A DNA stretch of 64,000 nucleotides from Deltaproteobacteria bacterium. Its GTDB lineage: Bacteria; Acidobacteriota; Thermoanaerobaculia; Multivoradales; JAHZIX01. The notes beneath the pieces are model-generated. The model made no database searches. It had not been told where the DNA came from and worked only from the letters and a program-made list of their open reading frames with translations. The DNA is taken from positions 102,668 through 166,667 of the forward strand of contig JAHZIX010000041.1 in assembly GCA_022601195.1 (NCBI GenBank). Reading direction: 5' to 3'. Below, piece after piece: positions 19,140-28,300 of the stretch (positions are counted from its first letter, which is position 1; each line of letters starts with the position of its first letter). The position numbers were made by a program, and so were the translations under genes.

Positions 19140-20027
19140 TCAGGAGGAATTCCCTCCATTCACCTCGAGGTCATATTCCGCGACCAGGCGCCACTCTTCA
19201 CCGCCCGGCTCTCCTCCCGACTGACCTTCGAGCCTTAACTCGTAGTGACCGGGCGCCAAGAAATCGTCGGGGAGAGCGATAGAGATGCTCCCCAATCGAG
19301 ACTTCTTTAGACCTTCCACAGCCCAAAATTCGGAACCGTCCATCGCCAATACCTTGAGGCGAAACTGAGAGTCCTGCCCCGTATCGAGGAGGTTCAGAGT
19401 TAGCGTGAAGAGGGCTGGCCCATCGGGAACACTGACCTTCGCACTATCCGGGCCACCGCGCACGAAGCCACGGGGAAAGAGGTTGAATTCTTCGACGTTG
19501 AGCCAGGGGGAGCGCATTTTCTCGAGCTCCGCTTCCAAACCAGCGACCTGGCTCTGGACTCCATCTAAAACTCGGTTTCTCTCTTCTAGCTCTTTTCGGG
19601 CTTGGGCCAATTCCGAACTTTCGCCGGAGGTCCCTAGCAGCAGAAAGGCGATGAGACCTCCAAGCATCAGGCTCAACGTCACCATTGCGGCAGCTGCGAA
19701 CCGAGACAAACCGAAGCTTCGACTAGGCGACGGAGCTGGCTTCAACTGGAAAGACATGACCGAAGCGGAGGTTTCCTCCGGTAGCACTGAGGCTCTCAGC
19801 TTTTCCCAGGAAGCGGTCTTTGCAGCATCCCAATGAGCGGGATCCGATGGCGGGTCCGGATTGGCCAGGTCCGCCAGATCCAGCATCGCGTCGCAGCATT
19901 GAGAGCAAGTCACCATGTGATCCTGGATACTCTCTACCTCGGAAGGAGACAAGTCTCCCCGGCGATAGCGGGCGAGGACCTCCAGAGAAGGATGGGGCTG
20001 GGTTGGAGTTGGGGCTGGGTCAGACAT
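19140..20027 (-). CDS. anti-sigma factor (zinc-finger ZAS-type N-terminus, one TM helix, extracytoplasmic C-domain)
   Basis: N-terminal H-x3-C-x2-C motif (IQDHMVTCSQCC) is typical of zinc anti-sigma domains. TM helix AAAMVTLSLMLGGLIAFLLLG. Start lies 24 nt after the ECF sigma gene, indicating an operon. Confidence 0.7.
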   Translation of the reverse strand: MSDPAPTPTQPHPSLEVLARYRRGDLSPSEVESIQDHMVTCSQCCDAMLDLADLANPDPPSDPAHWDAAKTASWEKLRASVLPEETSASVMSFQLKPAPSPSRSFGLSRFAAAAMVTLSLMLGGLIAFLLLGTSGESSELAQARKELEERNRVLDGVQSQVAGLEAELEKMRSPWLNVEEFNLFPRGFVRGGPDSAKVSVPDGPALFTLTLNLLDTGQDSQFRLKVLAMDGSEFWAVEGLKKSRLGSISIALPDDFLAPGHYELRLEGQSGGEPGGEEWRLVAEYDLEVNGGNSS

Positions 20028-20051
20028 TTCGCAGCTGTTTCCGGGGGCGAC

Positions 20052-20846
20052 TCAAGAACTATGTCGAGTCGAGAGTTGAGGCCTTTCGCGGCCTGGTTTG
20101 GTGTCGCTGGCGCCAGTGCTATCAGCGGCAGTGCTATCAGCGGCAGTGCTATCAGCGGCAGTGCTATCAGCGGCTGTTTTGTCAGCGGTAGTGTTTTTGG
20201 CTGTGGTGTTACCGCCCGTCGCGCTCTCAGTCTCCACGGTTTCGGCCGACTCGAAGTAGGTCTTCAACCCTTCCTCCAGTCGCTTTCGGGCCTGGAACAT
20301 ATGGACCTTTACCGTTTGCTCAGAGATTCGCAGAATCTGGCCGATGTCCCGGTAGTCGAGATCCCGTTCCAAGCGAAGCGTCATACAGCGCCGCATTTGG
20401 GCAGGAAGGCCCGCTACCGCTCGGCGGAGCAAATGACGGCGCTCGCCAGCCAGTAGGTCCAGAAGGGGCTGCTCCTGGCCGGTCGATACGGCTTCCCGGG
20501 GAAGGCTCGCTTGCTGCCAGGAGCCCGGCTCATCGTCAAAGAGCTGCACGTCCTCATGCTGGCGTTTCAGTGCCTGCTGGGAACGAAAGTGCTTACGTAG
20601 GTGATTTCTAGCAATTTGCAAAACCCAAGCCTCAAAGGGCGCCTCCCACCGATATTCTCGAATCTCCTGGTAGACCCGAGTCAAAACTTCTTGAATGAAG
20701 TCCTCCCCCATCCCCGCTTCCACTCCCTGGCGCGCGAAAACACGCGAGAGCGGACGGTAGAGATGGTCGAAGAGCCTTCGGAAGTTCTCTTCGACGGCCT
20801 CACCGTTTTGGAGATCTCGAACGACCTGAGCCAGCTGTTGTTCCAT
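20052..20846 (-). CDS. ECF RNA polymerase sigma-70 family factor with low-complexity C-terminal tail
   Basis: Start re-set to ATG at 20846 (MEQQLAQVV...), preceded by RBS GAGGAAGAGG. Sigma-2 region (FEAWVLQIARNHLRKH) and sigma-4 region (DLDYRDIGQILRISEQTVKVHMFQARKRL) present. Tail reads ...TAADSTAADSTAADSTAADSTGASD. Confidence 0.85.
   Translation of the reverse strand: MEQQLAQVVRDLQNGEAVEENFRRLFDHLYRPLSRVFARQGVEAGMGEDFIQEVLTRVYQEIREYRWEAPFEAWVLQIARNHLRKHFRSQQALKRQHEDVQLFDDEPGSWQQASLPREAVSTGQEQPLLDLLAGERRHLLRRAVAGLPAQMRRCMTLRLERDLDYRDIGQILRISEQTVKVHMFQARKRLEEGLKTYFESAETVETESATGGNTTAKNTTADKTAADSTAADSTAADSTAADSTGASDTKPGRERPQLSTRHSS
20114..20203. repeat. 15-bp in-frame tandem repeat (cagtgctatcagcgg) x4 plus 2 degenerate copies within sigma-factor C-terminal tail
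   Basis: Perfect copies visible at 20114-20173. Encodes TAADS pentapeptide repeats on the minus strand. Confidence 0.9.
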
Positions 20847-21163
20847 GCTCAACCTCTTCCTCGGAGGTTGAAGAAAACAAGCTCTGAACGGGCCTGAAAC
20901 CAAGGCACAGTTCTAGGGCGAATATTGGTGCACACCCCGAGAACTATGTCATAACGTCCTTCACCTTGGCCATGGAGAGAACCCTATGGGTCGGTCTCGA
21001 AAACCATCATCCAACCCGGGTAGATTCTCTCCACCTTTTCAGAATCGGGTTCCCTAGACATGCCCAAGTATCATCTCCTAGACAGTCAGATCCCGTTTCG
21101 CTTTCGAAGGTTTATTGATAAAGAGGAAGCCTGAACAGATACCGTTCTGTGGATTCGGAAGGG

Positions 21164-23437
21164 CTAGAGAATCTCGACGGAATCGACGCTCTGATAGCCC
21201 CGAGGAAGTTTCGTTCCCCGCTGGGCACGGGAACCCAGATAAGGTTCGAAATCGGCCCCCTTTAGGGTCACATACCTCTTGCCGGCATGAATTCTCAGTT
21301 GCTGCCCGGCCCCCACGACAGCCGCGGCTACTAAGCTCTCCTTACCGTCTCGTTTGGTGAACGGCATATTGAGAATCTTGACCCCTTTGCCGCGCGCCAT
21401 TCGCGGCAGCTCCTTGATAGGAAACGCCAGCATACGACCTTGATCGGAGATCCCCACGACCAGATCTTCCTCGAAGTTCTGAACCAGGCGGGGCAGGAGG
21501 GGAACGGACTCCTTGGGGAGCGTCAGCACGGCCTTGCCGGCCTTGAGGCGAGTTTGGAGATCTCCCAACCGGGCGACAAAGCCGTATCCGGCATTGGAAG
21601 CCAGCAGGAACAAAACCTCGTCCCCACCGGCGAGAACCGAGAGAAAGCGGGCTCCCGGAGGTGGGCTCACGCTACTGCTGAGAGGCTCTCCCTGGCTTCG
21701 AGCGGAGGGCAGGCTGTGGGCAGCCAAGGAGTAGGTTCTGCCAGCGGAATCCAGGAAGGTCACCCACTCATTGCTGCGCCCCGGAGCACTGTGTTGAAAG
21801 GCATCCCCTGCCTTGTAGCTCAACCCGGACGGATCAAAGTCATGCCCCTTGGCGGCCCGCACCCAACCCCGCTCGGAAAGTAGCACCGTCAAAGGTTCGG
21901 AGGGCATCAGCGCTGACTCATCCAAAGCCTTGGCCGGCGTCCGAGAAACGATCGGGCTTCTGCGGCCGTCATCAAATTCCGCTGCGTCCTCCTCGAGCTC
22001 CTGGCGCACCCTCTTGCGAAGCAACTTGGGCGATCCGAGAATTCTCTCCAGTTGGTCCCGCTCTTTCTCTAGCTCCTCCTGCTCACCCCGGATCTTCATC
22101 TCTTCCAAGCGAGATAGATGCCGCAGCTTTAGCTCCAGAATGGATTCCGCTTGGAGATCCGTCAGACTGAAGCGAGCCATCAGGACCGGCTTGGGTTTTT
22201 CCTCCCGACGGATGATGGCGATCACCTCATCGATATTCAGATGGGCAATCAGGAAACCCGCCAACAGGTGAAGGCGTTGGAGTACCTTGTCGTAGCGAAA
22301 CTTCAGACGTCTGCGAACCGTCTCGGTGCGGAACTCGATCCACTCTTTGAGCAGAGGCTTCAAGGAATACAGCTTCGGCCGACCGTCCAGGCCGATGACA
22401 TTCATGTTCACCCGCACGGATTTCTCCAGATCCGTGGTGGCGAATAGGTGAGCCATGAGGACATCCACGTCCACCCGATTGGAACGGGGACTGATCACCA
22501 GCCGGCAGGCGTTTTCGTGGTCGGACTCATCTCTCAAGTCGTCCACCATGGGCAGTTTCTTGGCCTGCATCTGAGCGGCGATCTGTACCAGGATCTTGCT
22601 GCCGGAGACCTGATACGGAAGAGCCGAGATGATGATGTCCCCGTCTTCCTTCACCCAGCGGGCGCGTAGCCGCACCGACCCGGAGCCGGTCTCATAGAGG
22701 GAAAGGAGCTCTTGGGGAGCGCTGATGATCTCTGCTTCCGTCGGGAAATCCGGGCCGAGAAGATGCTGGCACAGCTCCTCCGTGGTGGCTCGAGGATTCT
22801 CCAGGAGATGAATCAATGCAGCGACCACCTCGCCCACGTTGTGGGGAGGAATGTCCGTGGCCATACCGACGGCAATGCCTGAGCCGCCGTTCAACAATAC
22901 GTTGGGCAGCCGGGCGGGCAGGGTTTTGGGTTCGTTGAGGGTGCCATCGAAATTGGGCCCCCACTCCACCGTCCCCTGGCCTAGCTCCGACAGCAGCGTT
23001 TTGGCATAGGCAGTCAGCTTCGACTCGGTGTACCGCATCGCCGCGAAGCTCTTGGGATCGTCCTGGGTTCCCCAATTCCCTTGGCCGTCGACCAAGGGAT
23101 AACGAAAACTGAAGGCCTGAGCCATCAGGACCATGGCTTCGTAACAGGCCGAATCGCCATGAGGATGAAACTTGCCGATCACATCGCCGACGGTGCGAGC
23201 GGACTTCTTGTATTTCGCCGTCGCCGAAAGCCCTAGCTCGGACATGGCGTAGACAATGCGCCGCTGAACAGGCTTGAGACCATCCCCAAGATGAGGCAAG
23301 GCCCGGTCGAGGATGACGTACATGGAATAATCCAAGTAGGCCTTCTCGGTGAAGTCTGCCATGGGCATGCGCTCGTAGTTCGCTGCCTGCAGAGACATCT
23401 GCAAAGGACCGCCACCGCGCTGATTCTTCTTCGCCAT
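21164..23437 (-). CDS. parC: DNA topoisomerase IV subunit A
   Basis: N-terminus [42 protein letters not shown] is near-identical to the E. coli ParC signature (QRRI rather than GyrA HRRV). 757 aa. Confidence 0.9.
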   Translation of the reverse strand: MAKKNQRGGGPLQMSLQAANYERMPMADFTEKAYLDYSMYVILDRALPHLGDGLKPVQRRIVYAMSELGLSATAKYKKSARTVGDVIGKFHPHGDSACYEAMVLMAQAFSFRYPLVDGQGNWGTQDDPKSFAAMRYTESKLTAYAKTLLSELGQGTVEWGPNFDGTLNEPKTLPARLPNVLLNGGSGIAVGMATDIPPHNVGEVVAALIHLLENPRATTEELCQHLLGPDFPTEAEIISAPQELLSLYETGSGSVRLRARWVKEDGDIIISALPYQVSGSKILVQIAAQMQAKKLPMVDDLRDESDHENACRLVISPRSNRVDVDVLMAHLFATTDLEKSVRVNMNVIGLDGRPKLYSLKPLLKEWIEFRTETVRRRLKFRYDKVLQRLHLLAGFLIAHLNIDEVIAIIRREEKPKPVLMARFSLTDLQAESILELKLRHLSRLEEMKIRGEQEELEKERDQLERILGSPKLLRKRVRQELEEDAAEFDDGRRSPIVSRTPAKALDESALMPSEPLTVLLSERGWVRAAKGHDFDPSGLSYKAGDAFQHSAPGRSNEWVTFLDSAGRTYSLAAHSLPSARSQGEPLSSSVSPPPGARFLSVLAGGDEVLFLLASNAGYGFVARLGDLQTRLKAGKAVLTLPKESVPLLPRLVQNFEEDLVVGISDQGRMLAFPIKELPRMARGKGVKILNMPFTKRDGKESLVAAAVVGAGQQLRIHAGKRYVTLKGADFEPYLGSRAQRGTKLPRGYQSVDSVEIL

Positions 23438-23443
23438 TCGTCC

Positions 23444-25333
23444 CTAGACCTCCGCCAGGTCGCCCTTCGTGGTCAGCCAGACTTTGCGGTCGGCAGCGCG
23501 CTCCTTGGCCAGGAGCATGTCCATGGTGGAGTCGGTACGATCCCCGGAATCGATGCGCAGCTGGACCAGACGCCTGGTCTCCGGTGCCATGGTGGTCTCC
23601 CGCAGCTGGCCGGGATTCATCTCTCCCAAGCCCTTGAAGCGCTGCACGTTCACTTTGCCGCGCATCTTCTTCTCCTCCACCTGGCGGAGCGTCTGGTCTT
23701 TCTCGGCCTCGTCCAGAGCGTAAAAGACCGCCTTGCCGACATCGATACGATAGAGAGGCGGCATCGCGACGAAGACCCGCCCGTCGAGAACCACCGGGCG
23801 AAAGTGTTTGACGAAGAGGGCGCACAATAGGGTCGCGATATGGGCCCCGTCGGAGTCTGCGTCAGCCAGGATGCAGATCTTGCCGTAGCGCAACCCGGCC
23901 AAATCCGTAGACCCCGGATCGACCCCCAGGGCAACAGCGATGTCGTGAACTTCCTGGGAGCGCAATACCTGACCGGAATCTACTTGCCAGGAATTCAGAA
24001 TCTTGCCTCGCAGCGGCATGATGGCCTGGAACTCGCGGCTACGGGCTTGCTTGGCAGAACCACCGGCGGAGTCTCCCTCGACCAGGAAAAGCTCTGTCAG
24101 AGACAAATCCTGGCTCGCACAATCCGCTAGTTTGCCGGGCAGTGCTGGTCCGCCCACGGTCTTCTTGCGTTTGACTTTCTTGCCGGCCCGTTGCCGGGCC
24201 TGGGCGCTGTCGATGGCCATCTGAACGATGCGTTCGGCCTCGCCAGTGTGGTGATTGAGCCATAGACTGAAGGCATCCTTGGCGACCGCAGCAACGAAAC
24301 CCGCCGCCTCTCTGCTGGAAAGGCGTTCCTTGGTTTGACCGGCGAATTGAGGCTCTCGGGTGCGCAGCGAGAGGATGTAGCTACAGCGGCCCCAGACGTC
24401 GTCGGGAGCCAACTTGACCCCTCGTGGCAAAAGATTGCGGAATTCGCAGAATTCTCGAACGGCTTCCGTTAGACCGAGCCGAAAGCCGTTGGCATGGGTG
24501 CCCCCCTGAGGGGTTGGGATGAGGTTGACGTAACTCTCCGTGACCGGTTCTCCCCCCTCCGGCAGCCAGGTCGCAGCCCACTCCACCTCTTGCTCCTCGT
24601 CCTTGTGCTCTCCGGTGAAGGGCTCTTCGGGAACCCGTTCCGCATCCGCCAACTCTTGCAGGAGGTAGTCCGGCAGCCCCGCCTCGTAGAGCCATTCCTC
24701 ATCGTCTTCGGAACGCCCCTCATGGACGAAGCTAATGGCCAGCCCAGGGCAGAGGACACTCTTGGCCCTCAAACCTCGCTTCAGTTTGGGAACGCTGATC
24801 TTGGGTGAGTCGAAGTATTTCGCATCCGGCCAGAATCGAACCCGAGTCCCCGTATTCCGCTGCCCCACGGTACCGATGGGCTTGAGCTCCGATTCTCTTC
24901 GCCCTCCCTCGGCAAAGGCCATGTGATGTTCTTTGCCGTCCCGCCGGACCCAAACCTCGAGACGCTCCGAGAGGGCGTTGACGACCGACACACCCACTCC
25001 ATGGAGGCCACCGGAGAAGCGATAATTCTTCCCCGAGAATTTAGCGCCGGCATGCAAGCGAGTGAAGATCACTTCGACTCCGGAGACCTTTTCTCCCTTG
25101 TGACGGTCCACCGGCATGCCTCGGCCATCGTCGTCCACAGAAAGAGAACCGTCTTCGTGAAGGGTCACGGCGATCTTCTTGCAGTGGCCGGCGATGGCCT
25201 CGTCGACGGAGTTGTCGATCACCTCTTGAGCGAGGTGATTCGGGCGATCCGTCAGGGTGTACATCCCGGGGCGCTTGCGCACCGGCTCCAGGCCCTTGAG
25301 GACTTCGATGTCAGAAGCTGTGTACTTGGTCAT
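23444..25333 (-). CDS. parE: DNA topoisomerase IV subunit B
   Basis: MTKYTASDIEVLKGLEPVRKRPGMYT...RPNHLAQEVIDNSVDEAIAGH matches the ParE N-terminal ATPase domain. 629 aa, 6 nt upstream of parC. Confidence 0.9.
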   Translation of the reverse strand: MTKYTASDIEVLKGLEPVRKRPGMYTLTDRPNHLAQEVIDNSVDEAIAGHCKKIAVTLHEDGSLSVDDDGRGMPVDRHKGEKVSGVEVIFTRLHAGAKFSGKNYRFSGGLHGVGVSVVNALSERLEVWVRRDGKEHHMAFAEGGRRESELKPIGTVGQRNTGTRVRFWPDAKYFDSPKISVPKLKRGLRAKSVLCPGLAISFVHEGRSEDDEEWLYEAGLPDYLLQELADAERVPEEPFTGEHKDEEQEVEWAATWLPEGGEPVTESYVNLIPTPQGGTHANGFRLGLTEAVREFCEFRNLLPRGVKLAPDDVWGRCSYILSLRTREPQFAGQTKERLSSREAAGFVAAVAKDAFSLWLNHHTGEAERIVQMAIDSAQARQRAGKKVKRKKTVGGPALPGKLADCASQDLSLTELFLVEGDSAGGSAKQARSREFQAIMPLRGKILNSWQVDSGQVLRSQEVHDIAVALGVDPGSTDLAGLRYGKICILADADSDGAHIATLLCALFVKHFRPVVLDGRVFVAMPPLYRIDVGKAVFYALDEAEKDQTLRQVEEKKMRGKVNVQRFKGLGEMNPGQLRETTMAPETRRLVQLRIDSGDRTDSTMDMLLAKERAADRKVWLTTKGDLAEV

Positions 25334-25503
25334 GGATGTAGATTTGAGTTGGCGCTTCTCTACGCCTCAATCGGATACATCATATCTGAAGCTCCGCCTA
25401 GCGGCACCCCATTCCCTCACTCGATTCGACTTCTTTCTTGGAGGCTCAAACCACCGTCCCTTCGAAAGGGCCCTCAGCCCCTCTAGAGGTCCTCGAACCG
25501 TAT

Positions 25504-25530
25504 GATCTAGAACCGGGAGATCTAGAACCG
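25504..25530. promoter_or_regulatory. tandem direct repeat gatctagaaccg x2 (each containing palindrome TCTAGA) plus upstream half-copy cctcgaaccg; candidate operator
   Basis: Seen in the divergent region between parE (-) and the small RHH-like gene (+), ~85 bp upstream of the latter start. Confidence 0.4.
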
Positions 25531-25614
25531 AGCATCTCCGTTGGAGTCCAAACTTCTCACCAACTTTGACTCGACTCGCTTTACCTACATTTCGCCAGGC
25601 ACTACCCTGGCATC

Positions 25615-25935
25615 GTGACACCAAAAGGAGACTTCCTCATGGCACCTTCGAACCCGGCCAAACGTCCTTCCGGAAAAAAACCTAGAACCACCGTCCAACG
25701 AGTACAAACCGGCGTCCGGCTGGAGAAACGGCTGCTCAAAGTCCTCAAAGCCCTCGCCGAGTACTTAGATATGTCTCTCGGGGACTTGTTGGAGGGAATG
25801 GTGCTTCATAACTTCGAAGGCAAAGCTCCATTCCAGTCAGAGACCCTCAGCAAGATCGCTGCTCTCAAGGAGGTCTATGGCCTCGATCTAACCGCCTCGG
25901 ATAGCCACCGGCTGCTCGAAATGGATCCAAGCTAG
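25615..25935 (+). CDS. small hypothetical protein, possibly ribbon-helix-helix (CopG/Arc-like) DNA-binding
   Basis: 106 aa, basic N-terminus (KRPSGKKPRTTVQRVQTGVRLEKRLLKVLKALAEYLDMSLGDLLEGMV), consistent with a beta-strand followed by two helices. Weak assignment. Confidence 0.4.
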   Translation: MTPKGDFLMAPSNPAKRPSGKKPRTTVQRVQTGVRLEKRLLKVLKALAEYLDMSLGDLLEGMVLHNFEGKAPFQSETLSKIAALKEVYGLDLTASDSHRLLEMDPS

Positions 25936-26916
25936 TTTCCGGCAGCGTTTCGAAACCGAAGGGGCTGCTCTCTTCGAGCCTAGTTAGAGATTCTTAGAAC
26001 GGCACTACCGAGTCGATATCTTGCCGCTCCGGGGAGACCCGGTAGACCTCTGAGCTACCGAACCTGGAGGATTGAGATGCAAGGCCGTTCCTGGGGCCAA
26101 TCTCTCCCCATATCAGTAGCCGGCAAGGCCTTGAGACCCCGCCGGCTACTCTCTCCCAACCCTCCCGGTGGCAAATAGAACCAAGGCCCCAATGCCACGT
26201 TTCGAGCCAGCATCGAAGATGCCCTAGGGCATCTTCGATGCTGGACGGTCAAGCTCGACGGGTCCACCCATCTCTCCACACCCTCCGCGAGCTTTCCCTC
26301 CCTGCCGTCTTATAAAGCAACTTCCCTGCCAACTCCGAAACGGCTTCGCAAGGCTGAGGATAGAAACTCGTAATTAGCTGAAAATAAATGAGATACGGAA
26401 GATAAGCCGATATCCACCAAGACAAAAGGGAGACCAGGGAATTTCTCCGTGACCTAGGAATTTCTCCGATAGAAGTACGGACTTCCACAGAGATCCCTTT
26501 CCAACCCTTTGGATTAGAGGCTTCAATATCCTGGAACCAAGGACTACCGAATCGGCCCTGGAGAGGCTTACGATCCGCCCCCATTGCCACAAGAGTCAGC
26601 TAAGCTACTGATAAACCAACACTTACCAGCGAACGTCAATTCTTTCCGGAGTCTGGCATCACCTTTGCGCTAGTCATCAGAGTTAGTTCTTTTCACTGCA
26701 TCGGCCCTGGCACAAACGGCTCTCCGCCAAAAATACCGCCGGGTCCACTTACTCGCTCAGCCCTGAGTCCCTCCAGGGCTGAGCACCCTTTTGAGGAGGT
26801 TGAATCGCCAACCCAGCCTTCTCCATCACCTTCTGCTCCGCACCTACCGAAATCTTCTGGCATCTCCAGGGCTTCCCGGTGAGCTCGGTGAGGTGAGCTC
26901 GGTGAAGTGGCTCCGG

Positions 26917-28059
26917 TTAGACGACTCCCTGAACCCGCAGGGTATAGGGACCGACATCCCTGCCGTTGCCATCGTTGGTGAGAATCGAATAGGTGCCGGT
27001 TGCGGGAAGGGTGCAAGTCACCTCGGCAGTTGAGACGGCACTCGCCTCACACAACAAGGTGCCATCGGTACGAAAGACCCTTAGAGCTGGAGTGATGGTC
27101 TCAGAGGAATCGGTCATGCGCACCAAAACCTGGTTGCTGACGACTCCCGAGAAAACGAACGAGTCCACTTCCCCTGGAAGAGCAATGGAAGCGGAGAGGG
27201 TCTCACCGATCTCGATGACCTCCGCTGCCGTGGGATCGTTGGTTCGCTGTATGTAGAGACCATAGGCGCCGGTCTCGCGACCATTGTTGTCGCTGGCAAG
27301 GAGAGTGTGCATTCCTCCCTGATCGACGGTGCAAAGCACGTCGGCAACGGAAGAGTTCTCGTCTTCGCAGAGCAGAGTGCCATTCGGACGAAAGAGACGT
27401 GCCTGAGGAGAGATATCCTCTTCCGTATCGACCATGCGCAGGAGGATTCGATCCCCCGAAGTGGCGGAAAACACAAAGGTGTCAATCTCCCCCAGTTGCG
27501 AGACAGCGGTTTCCTGGGTCACCCCAAAAGGCATTGCCTGGGCGTTACCGGGAGCATTCATACGTTGAACGACGAGGCTGTAGGGCCCCGTATCATTGCT
27601 ACTGCTGTCCTCGGCTAAGACTCGATAGGCACCCGTCAGGTCTAGAGTGCACTGAGCCTCGGCAACGGAAGCGCCGGAATCGCTGCACAGCTCGGTGCCA
27701 TCTGGGCGCAGCAACCGGACCTGAGGAGAAAGGTCTCCCATGGTGTCGACCATGCGAAATAGAATCTCGTCACCGAGATCCCCACAGAAGCCGAAGAAAT
27801 CAACCTCCCCGAGATTTCCTATGGTCTCCTGAACGGTTTCCCCAAAAGCTACTTCCGGAAGCTGTAGACCGACAACCAGAGTCCAACCGCAAGTTCCACC
27901 CGACTCGAAGTCGTTGGCAAAGATGGAACTGCCGGGCCCCAAGGCTTGCCCCCGGGCCGGTAGGCTTGTCACTAGAAGAGCGGTCAGGAAAACACCAATC
28001 CATCGGAAAGTCTCAACCTGAAAAAGTGCAGTCTTGAAGATCTCAGTCTCGTATCTCAC
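26917..28059 (-). CDS. secreted protein with three tandem ~95-aa beta-sandwich (pre-peptidase C-terminal/PPC-like) repeats
   Basis: Hydrophobic N-terminus. Three internal repeats share G(E/EI)DxFxF...GDxILxRMVDTxxDxSPQxRLxRPxGTLLC...SVAxxxCT...TGxYxLxxQR, each with a conserved Cys pair. Confidence 0.6.
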   Translation of the reverse strand: MRYETEIFKTALFQVETFRWIGVFLTALLVTSLPARGQALGPGSSIFANDFESGGTCGWTLVVGLQLPEVAFGETVQETIGNLGEVDFFGFCGDLGDEILFRMVDTMGDLSPQVRLLRPDGTELCSDSGASVAEAQCTLDLTGAYRVLAEDSSSNDTGPYSLVVQRMNAPGNAQAMPFGVTQETAVSQLGEIDTFVFSATSGDRILLRMVDTEEDISPQARLFRPNGTLLCEDENSSVADVLCTVDQGGMHTLLASDNNGRETGAYGLYIQRTNDPTAAEVIEIGETLSASIALPGEVDSFVFSGVVSNQVLVRMTDSSETITPALRVFRTDGTLLCEASAVSTAEVTCTLPATGTYSILTNDGNGRDVGPYTLRVQGVV

Positions 28060-28202
28060 GGGCCATCCTCCCTCCAGGGATCTCGAAAGAGTAGAATCTT
28101 AAAAAATTCTAGATGGCACATATAGCCATGTCAAACTAACTGACCATGAAATCAGGGTACGATCGAAGTATTCTCCTACTCCTACCCCCAGACCGCCTCC
28201 CG

Positions 28203-28245
28203 AAAACTGAAAAAGGCTCGCCCTAGATGGAGTCCGGGCGAGCCT
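28203..28245 (-). terminator. Rho-independent terminator downstream of 28301..28990
   Basis: On the minus strand, a 10-bp perfect stem (aggctcgccc/gggcgagcct, plus-strand 28214-28223/28236-28245) with a 12-nt loop is followed by TTTTCAGTTTTCG. Confidence 0.6.
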
Positions 28246-28300
28246 AAAAAGTACCAAAGCCCAGAAGGGCTGAGGCACGACGATGAGGAAGCTCAAGGCA

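Noticed and set aside
23650-24759. Several 70-100-aa ORFs on both strands inside parE
   Set aside because: Embedded in or antisense to a gene with very strong ParE homology.
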